DNA of 64,000 bases from the human T2T-CHM13v2.0 reference genome, Homo sapiens, in the NCBI RefSeq assembly GCF_009914755.1, contig NC_060927.1; one strand, 5' to 3'. A program made the translations under genes and the position numbers. Of the stretch, positions 53,703 to 64,000 are shown one piece after another (position 1 is the first letter of the stretch; the number at the start of each line of letters is the position of its first letter). The notes under the pieces were generated by a model. That model was not told where the DNA came from. It worked only from the letters and a program-made list of their open reading frames with translations, and did not search any database.

Positions 53703-54218
53703 GAGCTATGTCATATAATTCTTATTAATTTTCTGCCTGCTTTGTCTACCAATTACTTGCATAGAAATGTTTATGTCTCCAACTATGGTAGTGAATTTAG
53801 TTATTTTTATTTTGTTATTTTTGGTTTCAGTTATTTTGATGCCTTGTTTATAGGCACATAAAGGTTTAGAATTGTTATGACTTCTTATAAAATGGACCCC
53901 TTTATTATTTATATTATCTTTATCTGGGAAAATATTTGTTGTACTGAAGTTTGCTTTTCCTTAAATTAAAATAGCTACTACAGGTTTCTTTTGATTATTA
54001 TTAGTATAGTGTATGTTTCTCCATCTCTTTATTTTAACTTACGTGAAACTTTGTATTTAAGGTGTGTTGTGTTTCTTTTGGACAGCATATAGTTAGGTTA
54101 AGTTTTCATTCAATCTGATCATCTGCCTCTTAACTAATGTACTTAAACCATGTGCATTAAGAGTGATTACTGATACAATAAATTAATATCTACACTTTTA
54201 ATAAAAGTATTCATTTCA

Positions 54219-54530
54219 GGCCGGGTGCAGTTGCTAATGCCTGTAATCCCAGCACTTTGGGAGGCCAAGGAGGGCAGATCATGAGGTCAGGAGTTCGAGA
54301 CCAGTCTGTCCAACATAGTGAAACCCCGTCTCTACTAAAAATACAAAAATTAGCCAGGCATGGTGGTGCATGCCTGTAGTCCCAGCTACTCAGGAGGCTG
54401 AGGCAGGATAATCACTTGAACCCGGGAGGCAGAGGTTGTGGTGAGCTGAGATCATGCCACTGCGTTCCAGCCTGGATAACACCAACAGAGTGAGACTTCT
54501 TTTATTTTTTTATTTTTTATTTTTTTAAAA
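54219..54530 (+). mobile_element. AluS with T-rich instead of A-rich tail
   Basis: Full sense dimer; TSD agtattcatttca at 54206-54218 and 54532-54544. Confidence 0.93.
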
Positions 54531-55579
54531 CAGTATTCATTTCATTAATACTTTGTAATTTTTTCCATCATTTTTTGCCTTCTTGTAATGAATTTGGCAT
54601 CATAAGTGGTCCATTTTACCTCTTTTCTTTAACTGTAATATATGCTTTTAAAAAATATTTCACTCTACTCCCTTTGTGTTTGCATGGTTTTTGATGAGTT
54701 TATTGCAATTCTTACCCTCGATTTTCTATACATAAATTTTCCCCCTGCTCTGGTATTTATAAAGGTATTCTCTTTTAAGTTTCTCTGTAGTTTGAATATA
54801 ATATGTCATTAAAAAACTATCTTGTTTGGTGTTTTCTGAGTTTCTTGGGTGTGTAGTTTGTTGTGTGTCGTTAATTTTGGCCATTTTTGTTTCAAATATT
54901 AATCATGTGGTTTTTTTTTGCCTTTTTTCTCCTTTTTATATTCCAGTTACACATATATTATACTATTTAATATTTTCCCAGGGTCTTAAATATTCTGTTC
55001 TTTTTTTAAATTATTTTTCTTTTCTCTGTGTTTTAGTTTGGGGAGTTTCCATTTATCCGTCTTCAAGTTATTGATTTTATTCTTTCCTCAGTTATGTAGA
55101 GTTTAGTGATGAGCCCATCAATCTATTCTTCATTTATTTAACTGTGTGTTTAGTTTTAGCATTTATTTTTTGAGTCTGTTATAGAGTTTCCATCTCTCTA
55201 ATAACATTATACATCTGGTCTTACATGTTGCCTATTGTTCCTATTTGATAATTTCAACATCTGTGTCATATCTGAGTCTAGATATGATGTTTCTGTTGTC
55301 TCTTCAGACTCTGCTTTTTCCTGGCTTTAGAATGACTTGTAATTTTTGTTCAAAGCCAATAATATTATGTCAGGTAAATAGGCCTTCAGTGTGAAGATTT
55401 AAGTCAATCTGGCTAGGATTTTGGCTGTTTTTATAAATTGTTATAGCTCTAGGAATCAGAAGAAATTCCTCTAGTGTCTTCATTTTTGTCTCCTGTCTAG
55501 TCTTTGGGACTTCTGTTTGTATTGCTCCTCAGAAAGAGTCTGTGTCTTGCAGCTTTCCAGCTTTAATCCATTGTTATTA

Positions 55580-56025
55580 TTTTTAAAAGAAAAACAGCCA
55601 AATTAAATTTAAAAGAGTTTTATTGAGCAATGAATAATTTGTGAATCACGCAGCCCCCAGAATCACAGCAGATTCAGAAGGATTCCAGGGTTGCCTCATG
55701 GTCAGAACAAATTTATAGACCAAAAAAAAAAAAAAAAAAAAAAAAGTAAATTGATGTACTGAAACTGGAAGTGAGGTAAAGAAACAGTTGGATTTGTTAT
55801 AGCTCCACATTTGACTTATTTGAACGCTGTGAACCCTCAGCAGTGTATGACTGGTTGAAGTAAGGTTGCTGGGATTGGGTAAGACTCAGCGATTGTTACA
55901 GGCACATACTCCTAAATTAGGTTTTCAATCTTGTCTATCTATTAAGTTAGGTTGCAGTTCATCCACAAGGACTCAAAAATAGAAGTACAGAGTCCTTCTC
56001 AGGCCATATTTAGTTTGCTTTAACA
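55580..56025 (-). mobile_element. MER57B-like ERV1 solo LTR with internal A24 run
   Basis: Reverse complement begins tgttaaagcaaactaaatatggcctgagaaggactc; A-run at 55722-55745. Confidence 0.75.
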
Positions 56026-57316
56026 TTACATTTGGGACTTACTGGTGTGGTGCTAGTGGGTATTGGAGGGGTACTGCTGTGCAATCTTCTGATTATGTCT
56101 CAGTCTTTTAGAAAGTCTGCATCTTATGGGTAGGGCATTTATAAATGTTTCTGTCCCTACCCCACGGTTATAGCTTTCCTCCTTCTGTCCCTTATTTCAT
56201 TCACTGTGTGCAGCTTTGCTTATCTATTCCCCTGACTGCCTGCCCTTGTTCACTTTGTTATTAATGTTGTTATTATTTACCTTAACAATACCTTAGACAA
56301 AAAGGGTGGAGTTGGAGTAGAATTTCCTTCCCCTACCTGAGATAAAGTTTTAGAATTGCTCTTTCCCCTAAAGTCCAGGCGTTTGCTCGGAAAATGAGTC
56401 TGGGTGAGATTCACAAAGCTAGTCTTCCTTTCTCCAAGTTAGATTTACGAATCTTCAACAGATTTGCACTGTAAGATTACAGTGGGATTCCTAGAGTGAA
56501 TGCCTTTGTAAATGTAGGAGGGCCCTTTCTAATGCAGCCCCCATGAATTCCTCACTCTCAAGCAATTCTACACTCAGTCTGAAGCAATTTATAAAACAAC
56601 CATCTGAATATTCCTACCAGCTTAAGGATTCCGGTGGCTTCTGCTCTAGGTAAGCAAATATTAGCAGTTTTATTTCTCTAGATACATCTGTCTCTCTAGA
56701 TTTCAGAATAATAGTTTACTGTGTTACCTTGGTTCTTTGATACATAAAAGTTGTTGATTTTTATTTTCTTTAGCTTTCACTTACTGTAAGATGGTAGTGA
56801 TGACTTCTAAGCTCTTTACATGTTGGATCTGAAGCCAGAAGTATTTGATTTTGGTTTTTGTTTTTTTTCCATTTAAACACTGTGAAGTCACAATTAGATA
56901 GTAAGTAAAATTGTGAGATACACCATCAATTGTCATGACCTCAGTATAGCATAATTATGTGCTTAACTGTCATTCCCATTCTAAATAGTAATGTTAGAAT
57001 GATTTTTAAACATATTTCTCATATATTATTATTAGAAAAACATAAATCATCCAAAGCAAGTACTCTTAAAAAATGAACAGTAATTTATTCATAACATCAC
57101 TTTTTCTCGTTGACTATAGAAAGGGCAATAGCATTCTGAACTTTTGGTTTTAGAAATACCATGTATCTTAATGTCCTTCCAAAATCAAAGAATTTAAATT
57201 ATTGTAAAATATCTGCAAAAATTTATTATAAATGAATTGCTGAGCTGATATAAAAGGAAATAATCGCCAACATGAAATTAAAAAAAAATTGGAACTTGGG
57301 TGACCAGCCTAGCTTT

Positions 57317-57818
57317 TGTTGGAAGTAAATGCTCAGTGCTGCAAAGTGAAACCAGCACTCAGGCAAAAATTTTCTCAGCAAGGCAATTTACTTCTGCAGA
57401 AGAATGCTGCTCATGTCAATCACAACCTAAATAGCACACTGAATAAAGGAGGGAAAGGGTTTTTATTTCTAATGCAGAGTCTCCACCTCTGTGTCACTCC
57501 CCCATGGGCTGGGGTCAGACCGCACAACATAAACTGACCCAATTGGCTATTGGTGAATATGTTCCCAAATAAGGAAGGAAAGGGGGATGTGTGAGTCACA
57601 ATGGTGGGACGTGTGGTTTCAAAGGGTGGTATAGTGCAGAGTGGGTAGCCAAGGGAACAGATGTGAGTTGTTGATTAGAGCTGACAGGAAGGTTGTTTAC
57701 AGTAACTAGAGGCAAGGAGGCATGGAGAACAAGAAAGCTGAGTTTGAGAACAAACAACAAGGAAGTTAACGAGCTAAACCTTTGAAGAGAAATTTAGAGA
57801 AATTCACTGTATCTTACA
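57317..57818 (-). mobile_element. LTR10-family-like ERV1 solo LTR
   Basis: TG..CA ends; TSD CTTT at 57313-57316 and 57819-57822; shares ttctcagcaaggcaa and agaccgca with the LTR10 at 34836. Confidence 0.8.
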
Positions 57819-58189
57819 CTTTCATTTGGGGGATTTCCTTTGAGTTCTGGAGATCATCAGCATCTGCTTTGATGGTGATAGGAAGTACAGAAAAATATTA
57901 AGCTTAATCTCCAATTGGTGGACACTGTATTGTACAAGGCAAACCCCTTATCCATTAAATAATAAGTTGGCCAAGCTGCTAGAGTGTTGTCAATAGGTAA
58001 TCATAATCTGTAAGAGCTTCAAGGATTGCTTCAGCAGCACAGAAGATGACCAGTGACATCCAATATCCAGTGACATCTAATAGCTATTTAATTATGTAGG
58101 ATAAAAATCTCTCTTGGCCCCTTAGAACTTCTCTGAGAAGCATTTTAGATTCACCATTGAAAGTTTGACTTGACCTGCATCACACATTA

Positions 58190-58308
58190 ACTTATCCCTT
58201 TGCACAATTGTTTTCTTCCTCTTCCTTCTAAAACATTTGTTCCCAAAGCTATTTTCTTATTAAACATCTTGCCATTAATATCTGTCTCAGAATCTACATT
58301 TTAGTAAA
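58190..58308 (+). mobile_element. ERVL-type LTR 3' fragment
   Basis: ttattaaacatcttgcc...atctgtctcagaatct. Confidence 0.4.
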
Positions 58309-58309
58309 A

Positions 58310-60600
58310 TATTTTCAAAACCCATGTGTAATATTTTGGAGTTTGCATTCTTCACTGAATATTAAGTTAATGAAATCAAACTATGCTGTTGTTTTCACTG
58401 ATGTATAATATTCATTGTGTACAGATATCACATATGAAACATCTATTCACTTGTGTATAAACATTCAGCATGTTTCCTGGTATTTGCTATTATGAACAGG
58501 CCTGCCATTAACATTTTGTACATACATCTTGTTATACGTGTTCAAGCATTTCTCTTGAATATATATCTCAGATAGCTTAAGAGGGATATTGTGGGGTTAC
58601 AGGTATGACATAATTTTATTCTATACCACAACATTTTTGAGAGTGAAAAATGTTATTAGTATAAACATGTACCTAGACTGTCCCACACTAACTTGACTAT
58701 ATGGTCATTCCAGTTGCAAGGCTTTTTTTCTTCATTTACCTATTTAAGTGTATCAGTTCTAATCAAAATATAATAGTTTAAAATAGCAGCTATTTTATTT
58801 GCTTATGATTTTACGGGTCTGCAATTGGCTTGAACTCAGCTGTTCAGCTGTTTTGCTCCTCTGACACCTAGTGTTGCAACTTAGGCTGGATATATTAAGA
58901 AGATCCCTCATCCTGGTGTTTAGGGCTCTAGTTGTTTGGGTCTCTCTCTATGTGATCTTTCATCCCCAAGAAGAACAGACAAGGTGTTTTAAATAGTGGT
59001 ATTGGAATAACAAGTGATGTCAAGCCCTAGTGCATATCTGCTTTTTAAGTTTCTTGCTTGCACCATGGTTGTCAGTGTCCCAGTGGTCAAAACAAATCAC
59101 ATAGTTGCGTGAACAAACATAGCTGCAAGACTAGCAAAATTAATTCCAGTGCATGATAGGAGAAAGCAGAGTATACAGACGGAAGGGAGGGATTAGAGGC
59201 CACTAAATAATCTATCACAGTGTATGAGGGTTAAACTTTAAAAGATAACATCAAATAGTTTTCCTAAGTGTATTTTAACTAACTGGAAGTTGCCTTCACA
59301 ATGTATCAGTTATTATATTACTACATTGATCTGTACTGTCTGCTATTTGAAATAATTAATTTTATGTCTCATTTTAGTATTGATTTACATTTTCAAATTA
59401 TTTATTTTGAACTCATTTCATATATTTGCTGTCCATGTATTTTTTTTTCTTTTATGAAATAGCTTTCTGAACTATTGGGTTATTTGCCTCTTTTTTCCTT
59501 ACTAGTTTTTAGTCATTTTATATTTTATAAAATATTTTGTCAATTTGTGTTGCAAATATTTACTTCAAGCTTGTAGTGTAGTTTTTGACTTTTAAGATGG
59601 GAACTGATAAAGAGACATTCTTAATCTTTATGCAAACCAATATATCAGTTATTAACTTTTAACTTAGAGATTTTATTGTCTTGGTTAGGAAATCCTTTCT
59701 TACCCTGAGATTAGAAAATTTCACTTATATGTTTTAAAGTTTCAAAAGTTAGCTTTCACATTTAAATTCTGAATGTATCTAGAATTGATTTTCTTTCTTT
59801 TTCTTATCTTTCATTCATTCTTTCTTTTTTATTACACAGAGGACTTACAAATTCAATTTTAATTTTTCATGTGAAAGAACATTTTTTTCTGGCACTTTTT
59901 CTCTCTGATCTGCCATTCTATCTTGGTCAGATACCAGAAATCTGTATGCATATGTTTTCATTAACTAGCCTATTCTGTTCCATTTATTAATTTATCTATG
60001 CTCTGCCATGCATTGTATTTAATATAGTTTTATAATCATCTTTGTAAATGGTTTATTTACTCTTCCATATAAACTTTAGAACATATTGAATATAATTAAA
60101 ACCCTGCTAAATGGTTCCGACTGACATTTCAGTAAATCCTTGCATCTATTTGGGTAGCATTGCCATCTTAACATTATAAAGTCCTCCTACCCATGCCCAT
60201 GTAATATATCCATTAATTTATCCCTATTATATTGATTTTCATTGATGTTTCATAATGTTCTGAAGGTAGATCTGGCATTTTTTCTGTATTTTTTATGGAT
60301 TTAAAAAAATGTTGAAACTATTTTAAATGTTTTTTAGAATTTTTTTTTTAAATCTTTGCTGGTACATGGAAATTCAATTGAATTTTGTACATTGATTTTT
60401 ACTTAATATTTTGCACATACTGCTATTATTTATAATAATTTTCAAAATATTTTGCTTCTCTGTGTAGATGTTTCTATCATTTGAAAATGATGACCAATTG
60501 ATTTCCTCCTTTCCAATCATTTTATATTTAATTTGTTTTTCTTATTTTATCACACTGGCAATACAATGGAGAACAGAAAAGCTGAGAGTTTTATTCTTTA
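58310..60600 (-). mobile_element. Old L1ME-type element, interrupted by MLT1
   Basis: gtttcctggtatttgctattatgaaca; ctattctgttccatt; tttgtacattgatttt; gatttcctcctttccaatc. Confidence 0.7.
58748..59220. mobile_element. Old MLT1 (H/J-like) LTR
   Basis: tttgcttatgattttacgggtctgcaattggcttgaactcagctg...cagtggtcaaaacaaatcacata...aatctatcaca. Confidence 0.6.
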
Positions 60601-61769
60601 TATTATTTTAAATCCTTTTTTATACAATACTTAATGTGATCAGAGAGCATCCTAATGTAATTCCCAAGGATGTTTCAAAAACAACAATTGTTGCTACCAA
60701 TTTAGCTTTTCTGTATGCACCAGTGTAGAAGAAACAATACTGTTTTGAGGTGACACAATTCTTGGTTCCAATGTTAGTTCTACCACTCACTGGATACTAG
60801 CTTTGGGATTTTCTCTTAGAATTTAAAATGGGCCTACTACATGTCTCTTAAAGTTGAAGGGAAGAGTCAATCAGAGAGTAGGTTAATATGGGAAAGGTTT
60901 ATGTAAATAGATAGCTACAAGACCAGTTAGGCCCAGTGTCACCAGATCTTACTGAACTGTAGATTCAAAAGAGGATAAGTTAATATACTTCAATAATAAC
61001 TGAATTCCTCTGCTTGTCACCCACAAAGAATATTTCTGAGAGTTCTCAGAGGAGACTGGCATGTATTTCCTTATTATAACCGGTTTCCCACAGGACTCAT
61101 GCTCCTCTGAGGAGTACCTCTTTCTGTAGGTGGCTATCATCTAGTGTGTGGTCACCACTGGTCTTTTAAATATGGTGACAGCTGCTGCTAATTGGTGCTA
61201 TTTTACCAGATGATTTCGCAGAATTCTTGTCCTGGTCAGAGCCAGACTCCCTTGACTGTCTCTGTCTTTCAGAAAGGCCAAGTTGAATTCTGGTCTATAT
61301 CAATGTGACAAAAAACAGCTCCTGCCTATTTGTATACATCCCAAGATAAGGATCATACGGTAGCATTGTCTATACCTGACAAGAAACAACTGCTTTATTT
61401 TTAGTTATTACATTCTTTCTCCCTTGGACTTGAATATGGGACCAGGAATTAGGGATAAAAATGGATTTGAAAAGCAGACACATCCTTGAACTCAGAATCA
61501 GTCTGCAATAAACAACTAAGACTTTCTTTTGTGGCTTCAGTTCAATCCTGGGAACTGAGATTTCTTTTCATGGGCAAGGTAGATTATCTAGCAGAGACAC
61601 ACATATAGACAGGTTTCTAATAGGCTCTCAGCCATCAATTTGAAACACATGCCCAGATAAATCTGAACCACAAGCAGTAGATGACACAGCCTGAGGAGGA
61701 ATCTTTCCTATACAAGGGAACAATATGCATTTGAAAATAGGATTCCTGTTGGAATTGTCTTTATATCAT

Positions 61770-61990
61770 AAGAGCATATTGTAGTCCAAATAGCATTGAC
61801 TGTGGAGCAAATTGGGTCAGATGTGAATCTTATTTTCTCAATTTTCTTAGTTTGCAATGCAGTGTAGGATGAATTGTTTACCAATTCTGGGTCTAACTTT
61901 CTTGTGAGGGAGAGTTTTAATATCTACTTTACAGTTTCTTTAATATCAATTAAATATTGTGGAAATAATTGTTTAGGAAGACCTTTGAAT
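61770..61990 (+). mobile_element. Degenerate MIR
   Basis: agagcatattgtagtcc...agcattgactgtggagc. Confidence 0.45.
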
Positions 61991-63334
61991 TTAGCATATT
62001 TCTATTTTGACACATAATTCTTAGATTAAATGTATACAATAACATAATTATATGAGTTGTTATGACTTTGAAACAACAGATCAAGTTTATAATAAAACAG
62101 GTGAAAGCCAATTTTTTAATGTTGTTCTTTGTAGATAAGACAATCATGGATTGATATTTTTCACTTTTCAATCAAAGATGAGTAGTTCAACTCCATCTAA
62201 GATTTTTAGAGTATATATCATTAGTAACATTTATGTCACAGAGTTTGCAGCCATAATTCTTACTTATATGATTTTTGACATTGTGGCATGTGCTATGTAT
62301 AGTAAGAAAGCCAGGTGCAACAACTACTTATCCAAGAATATTTAAAAACCTGACTTCTGTAGAATCCAAATAAGAGTCTTAGAATTTCTAATTAAATATT
62401 AAAATATTTAATTTTAATGTTTAAAATAAGCATAGTTTATGTAGATTTGTAAATATATTCCATGGTATGTTTTTGCAAATAATATTAATTTGAAAACGTA
62501 TTATCTTCATTTCATAAAACAGAATACAGAAGATTGCATTTCTTTAATTAATCTGTCAAGTATGCATAAAGGCTATTTGGCAAGAGATGCTCTTTCAGAT
62601 TATTGGTCTACTGGATTTAAATTCATGAAAATTATTGAAATATCTATTATCTGACAATTTATGGGCCATGGAATATATGACTCTTTAAAGATACGGGAAG
62701 TAAGAATTTTTATATAATATTCTTTGAGATAACATTTCTTGCATTCTGGAGGTATTTGTTAAATTATAGATGATTGTTTTTCTTATTTGCTCATACTATT
62801 TCCACAAGCCATGAAAAGTAATCAGAAATATCTTGTGTAAGTTAACATTGTAGGTATTTTTGTTATAGCAAATCTGTATATAGGATTTGGGAGCTACTTC
62901 TCTAGCATGTGACTTGACTTTCTCTGATTTGATAAGTCATCTAGCACGTAAGGCTATCAATTAGAGAGGTTTTTCAGAAGTTCAAGCAAGAGAACTTGTA
63001 ACACAATGATAGAAAAGCCTTCTTTCCAATAATAGAGCCAACATTTATTATCGGCAAATGCTTGGTTGAGTTTTATTTTACTTTCACTGATCAAAGCATT
63101 CCCTGGTTTACCTGTTCAACTAAGGACTAATATTTACTTTCATATTTAAGTAACTGGATTTGCTATTTTTATGTCAATTGCTATTTTTTAAATATCTATT
63201 TAAAATATAGCAATTATTCCACAAATAAATCCAATAGGCTGAGTTAAGCCACGATATTAAATAGAGAGAGAGACGATAAGTAATCTATGGTCAGGTGAAC
63301 ACTTAAGGCCCATGAGCTACAAAATTTGTCCCAT

Positions 63335-63450
63335 GATAATCTCATTGTCTTATAGATGGAAAATGCAGTCTAAAGAGATGAGGGGACTTCTCCTGTGTCA
63401 TGCATGTGGATATAAGCAGAGTAAAGCCTAGATGGTGGGCATTTCCAGAT
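63335..63450 (-). mobile_element. MIR fragment
   Basis: ttatagatggaaaatgcagtctaaagagatgaggggacttctcc. Confidence 0.55.
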
Positions 63451-63903
63451 TGGATTTGTCTGGCATGGAATTCAGAAAGAAGACTAACTCTGAGAAGTAG
63501 AAAGTGATGAAAATGTATGTTATGTCGATCAAATTAGTGCATGAGTCCTGGAGGCATGAATGCAAGAAAGAACGGAGTCTTTTCTCAGTAATGCTCTAAA
63601 GGTCTTTGTGAGCCATACTGAAGTGGCCAAATTAAAGAACAGCACCCACTAAAAAACAGCACCCATTTAGCATGAAGAACAGGCCACCCACTGAAGATGA
63701 AAAGGATGAGAGGAGATTCTTTTCTGGAACCAGGAAGAATGGAGGGTAGAGACTAATGAGGGTCAAAGAGTGAGAGAATAAGATCCTATCTTTATCCCAA
63801 ATGTGGGACCAGAGGAAGAATTTCCCAAACTGCAGCACGATTCAGAGGACTCTGAGAATAGAAGCCGTGAGTCTTATCATTTATAAATACTGGGGAGAGT
63901 GTA

Positions 63904-64000
63904 CAGACATAGCTCATTTTATTGTGCTTCAGTTTATTGAATATTTTACAAATTGAAAATTTGTGGCAACCCTGCATCAAGTGAGGCTATTGGCACAATT
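63904..64000 (+). mobile_element. Tigger1 5' end, running off the window
   Basis: TA, then cagacatagctcattttattgtgcttc...ttttacaaattgaaaatttgtggcaaccctgcatcaag. Confidence 0.88.

Larger units (their letters stand above)
53703..56845 (-). mobile_element. L1MC/MD-type old L1 5' portion, interrupted by an Alu and an ERV1 LTR
   Basis: gtctccaactatggtagtg (ORF2 start region, antisense); ORF1-like T-rich segment; ends gatggtagtgatgacttctaagctctttacatg...ccagaagt. Confidence 0.75.

Noticed and set aside
56480-56845. Similarity to 20650-20981 as a second local duplication
   Set aside because: Both are diverged copies of the same old L1 5' end family
58745-58775. aagtgtatcagttctaatca as a U2 snRNA fragment
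   Set aside because: Only a short loose match, better explained as the terminus of an MLT1 LTR

Overview
AT-rich, strongly CpG-depleted primate (most likely human) genomic DNA, intergenic or deep-intronic. I cannot support any protein-coding gene, tRNA, rRNA, CpG island or CRISPR array here. The recognisable ORFs in the track are broken LINE-1 ORF2 pieces or read through Alu/LTR sequence. The window is dominated by interspersed repeats: Alus, L1PA/L1MA/L1M, L2, MIR, THE1/MLT1 solo LTRs, ERV1 solo LTRs (LTR10, LTR9/MER61-like, MER31-like, MER57-like) and hAT/Tigger DNA transposons. Subfamily names come from my recall of consensus sequences, and boundaries of old elements are approximate. The most notable structure not explained by known repeats is a ~535 bp inverted duplication (15202-15736 vs 21648-22186, roughly 90% identical, ~5.9 kb spacer) with asymmetric CpG retention. 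Also notable are an LTR10 VNTR with variant units nested in another LTR, an Alu with a T-rich tail between intact TSDs, a four-element nest containing a 5'-inverted L1, rearranged L1 junctions and a compound fold-back palindrome. I see no convincing evidence of a new biological system; the findings are genome-structural.
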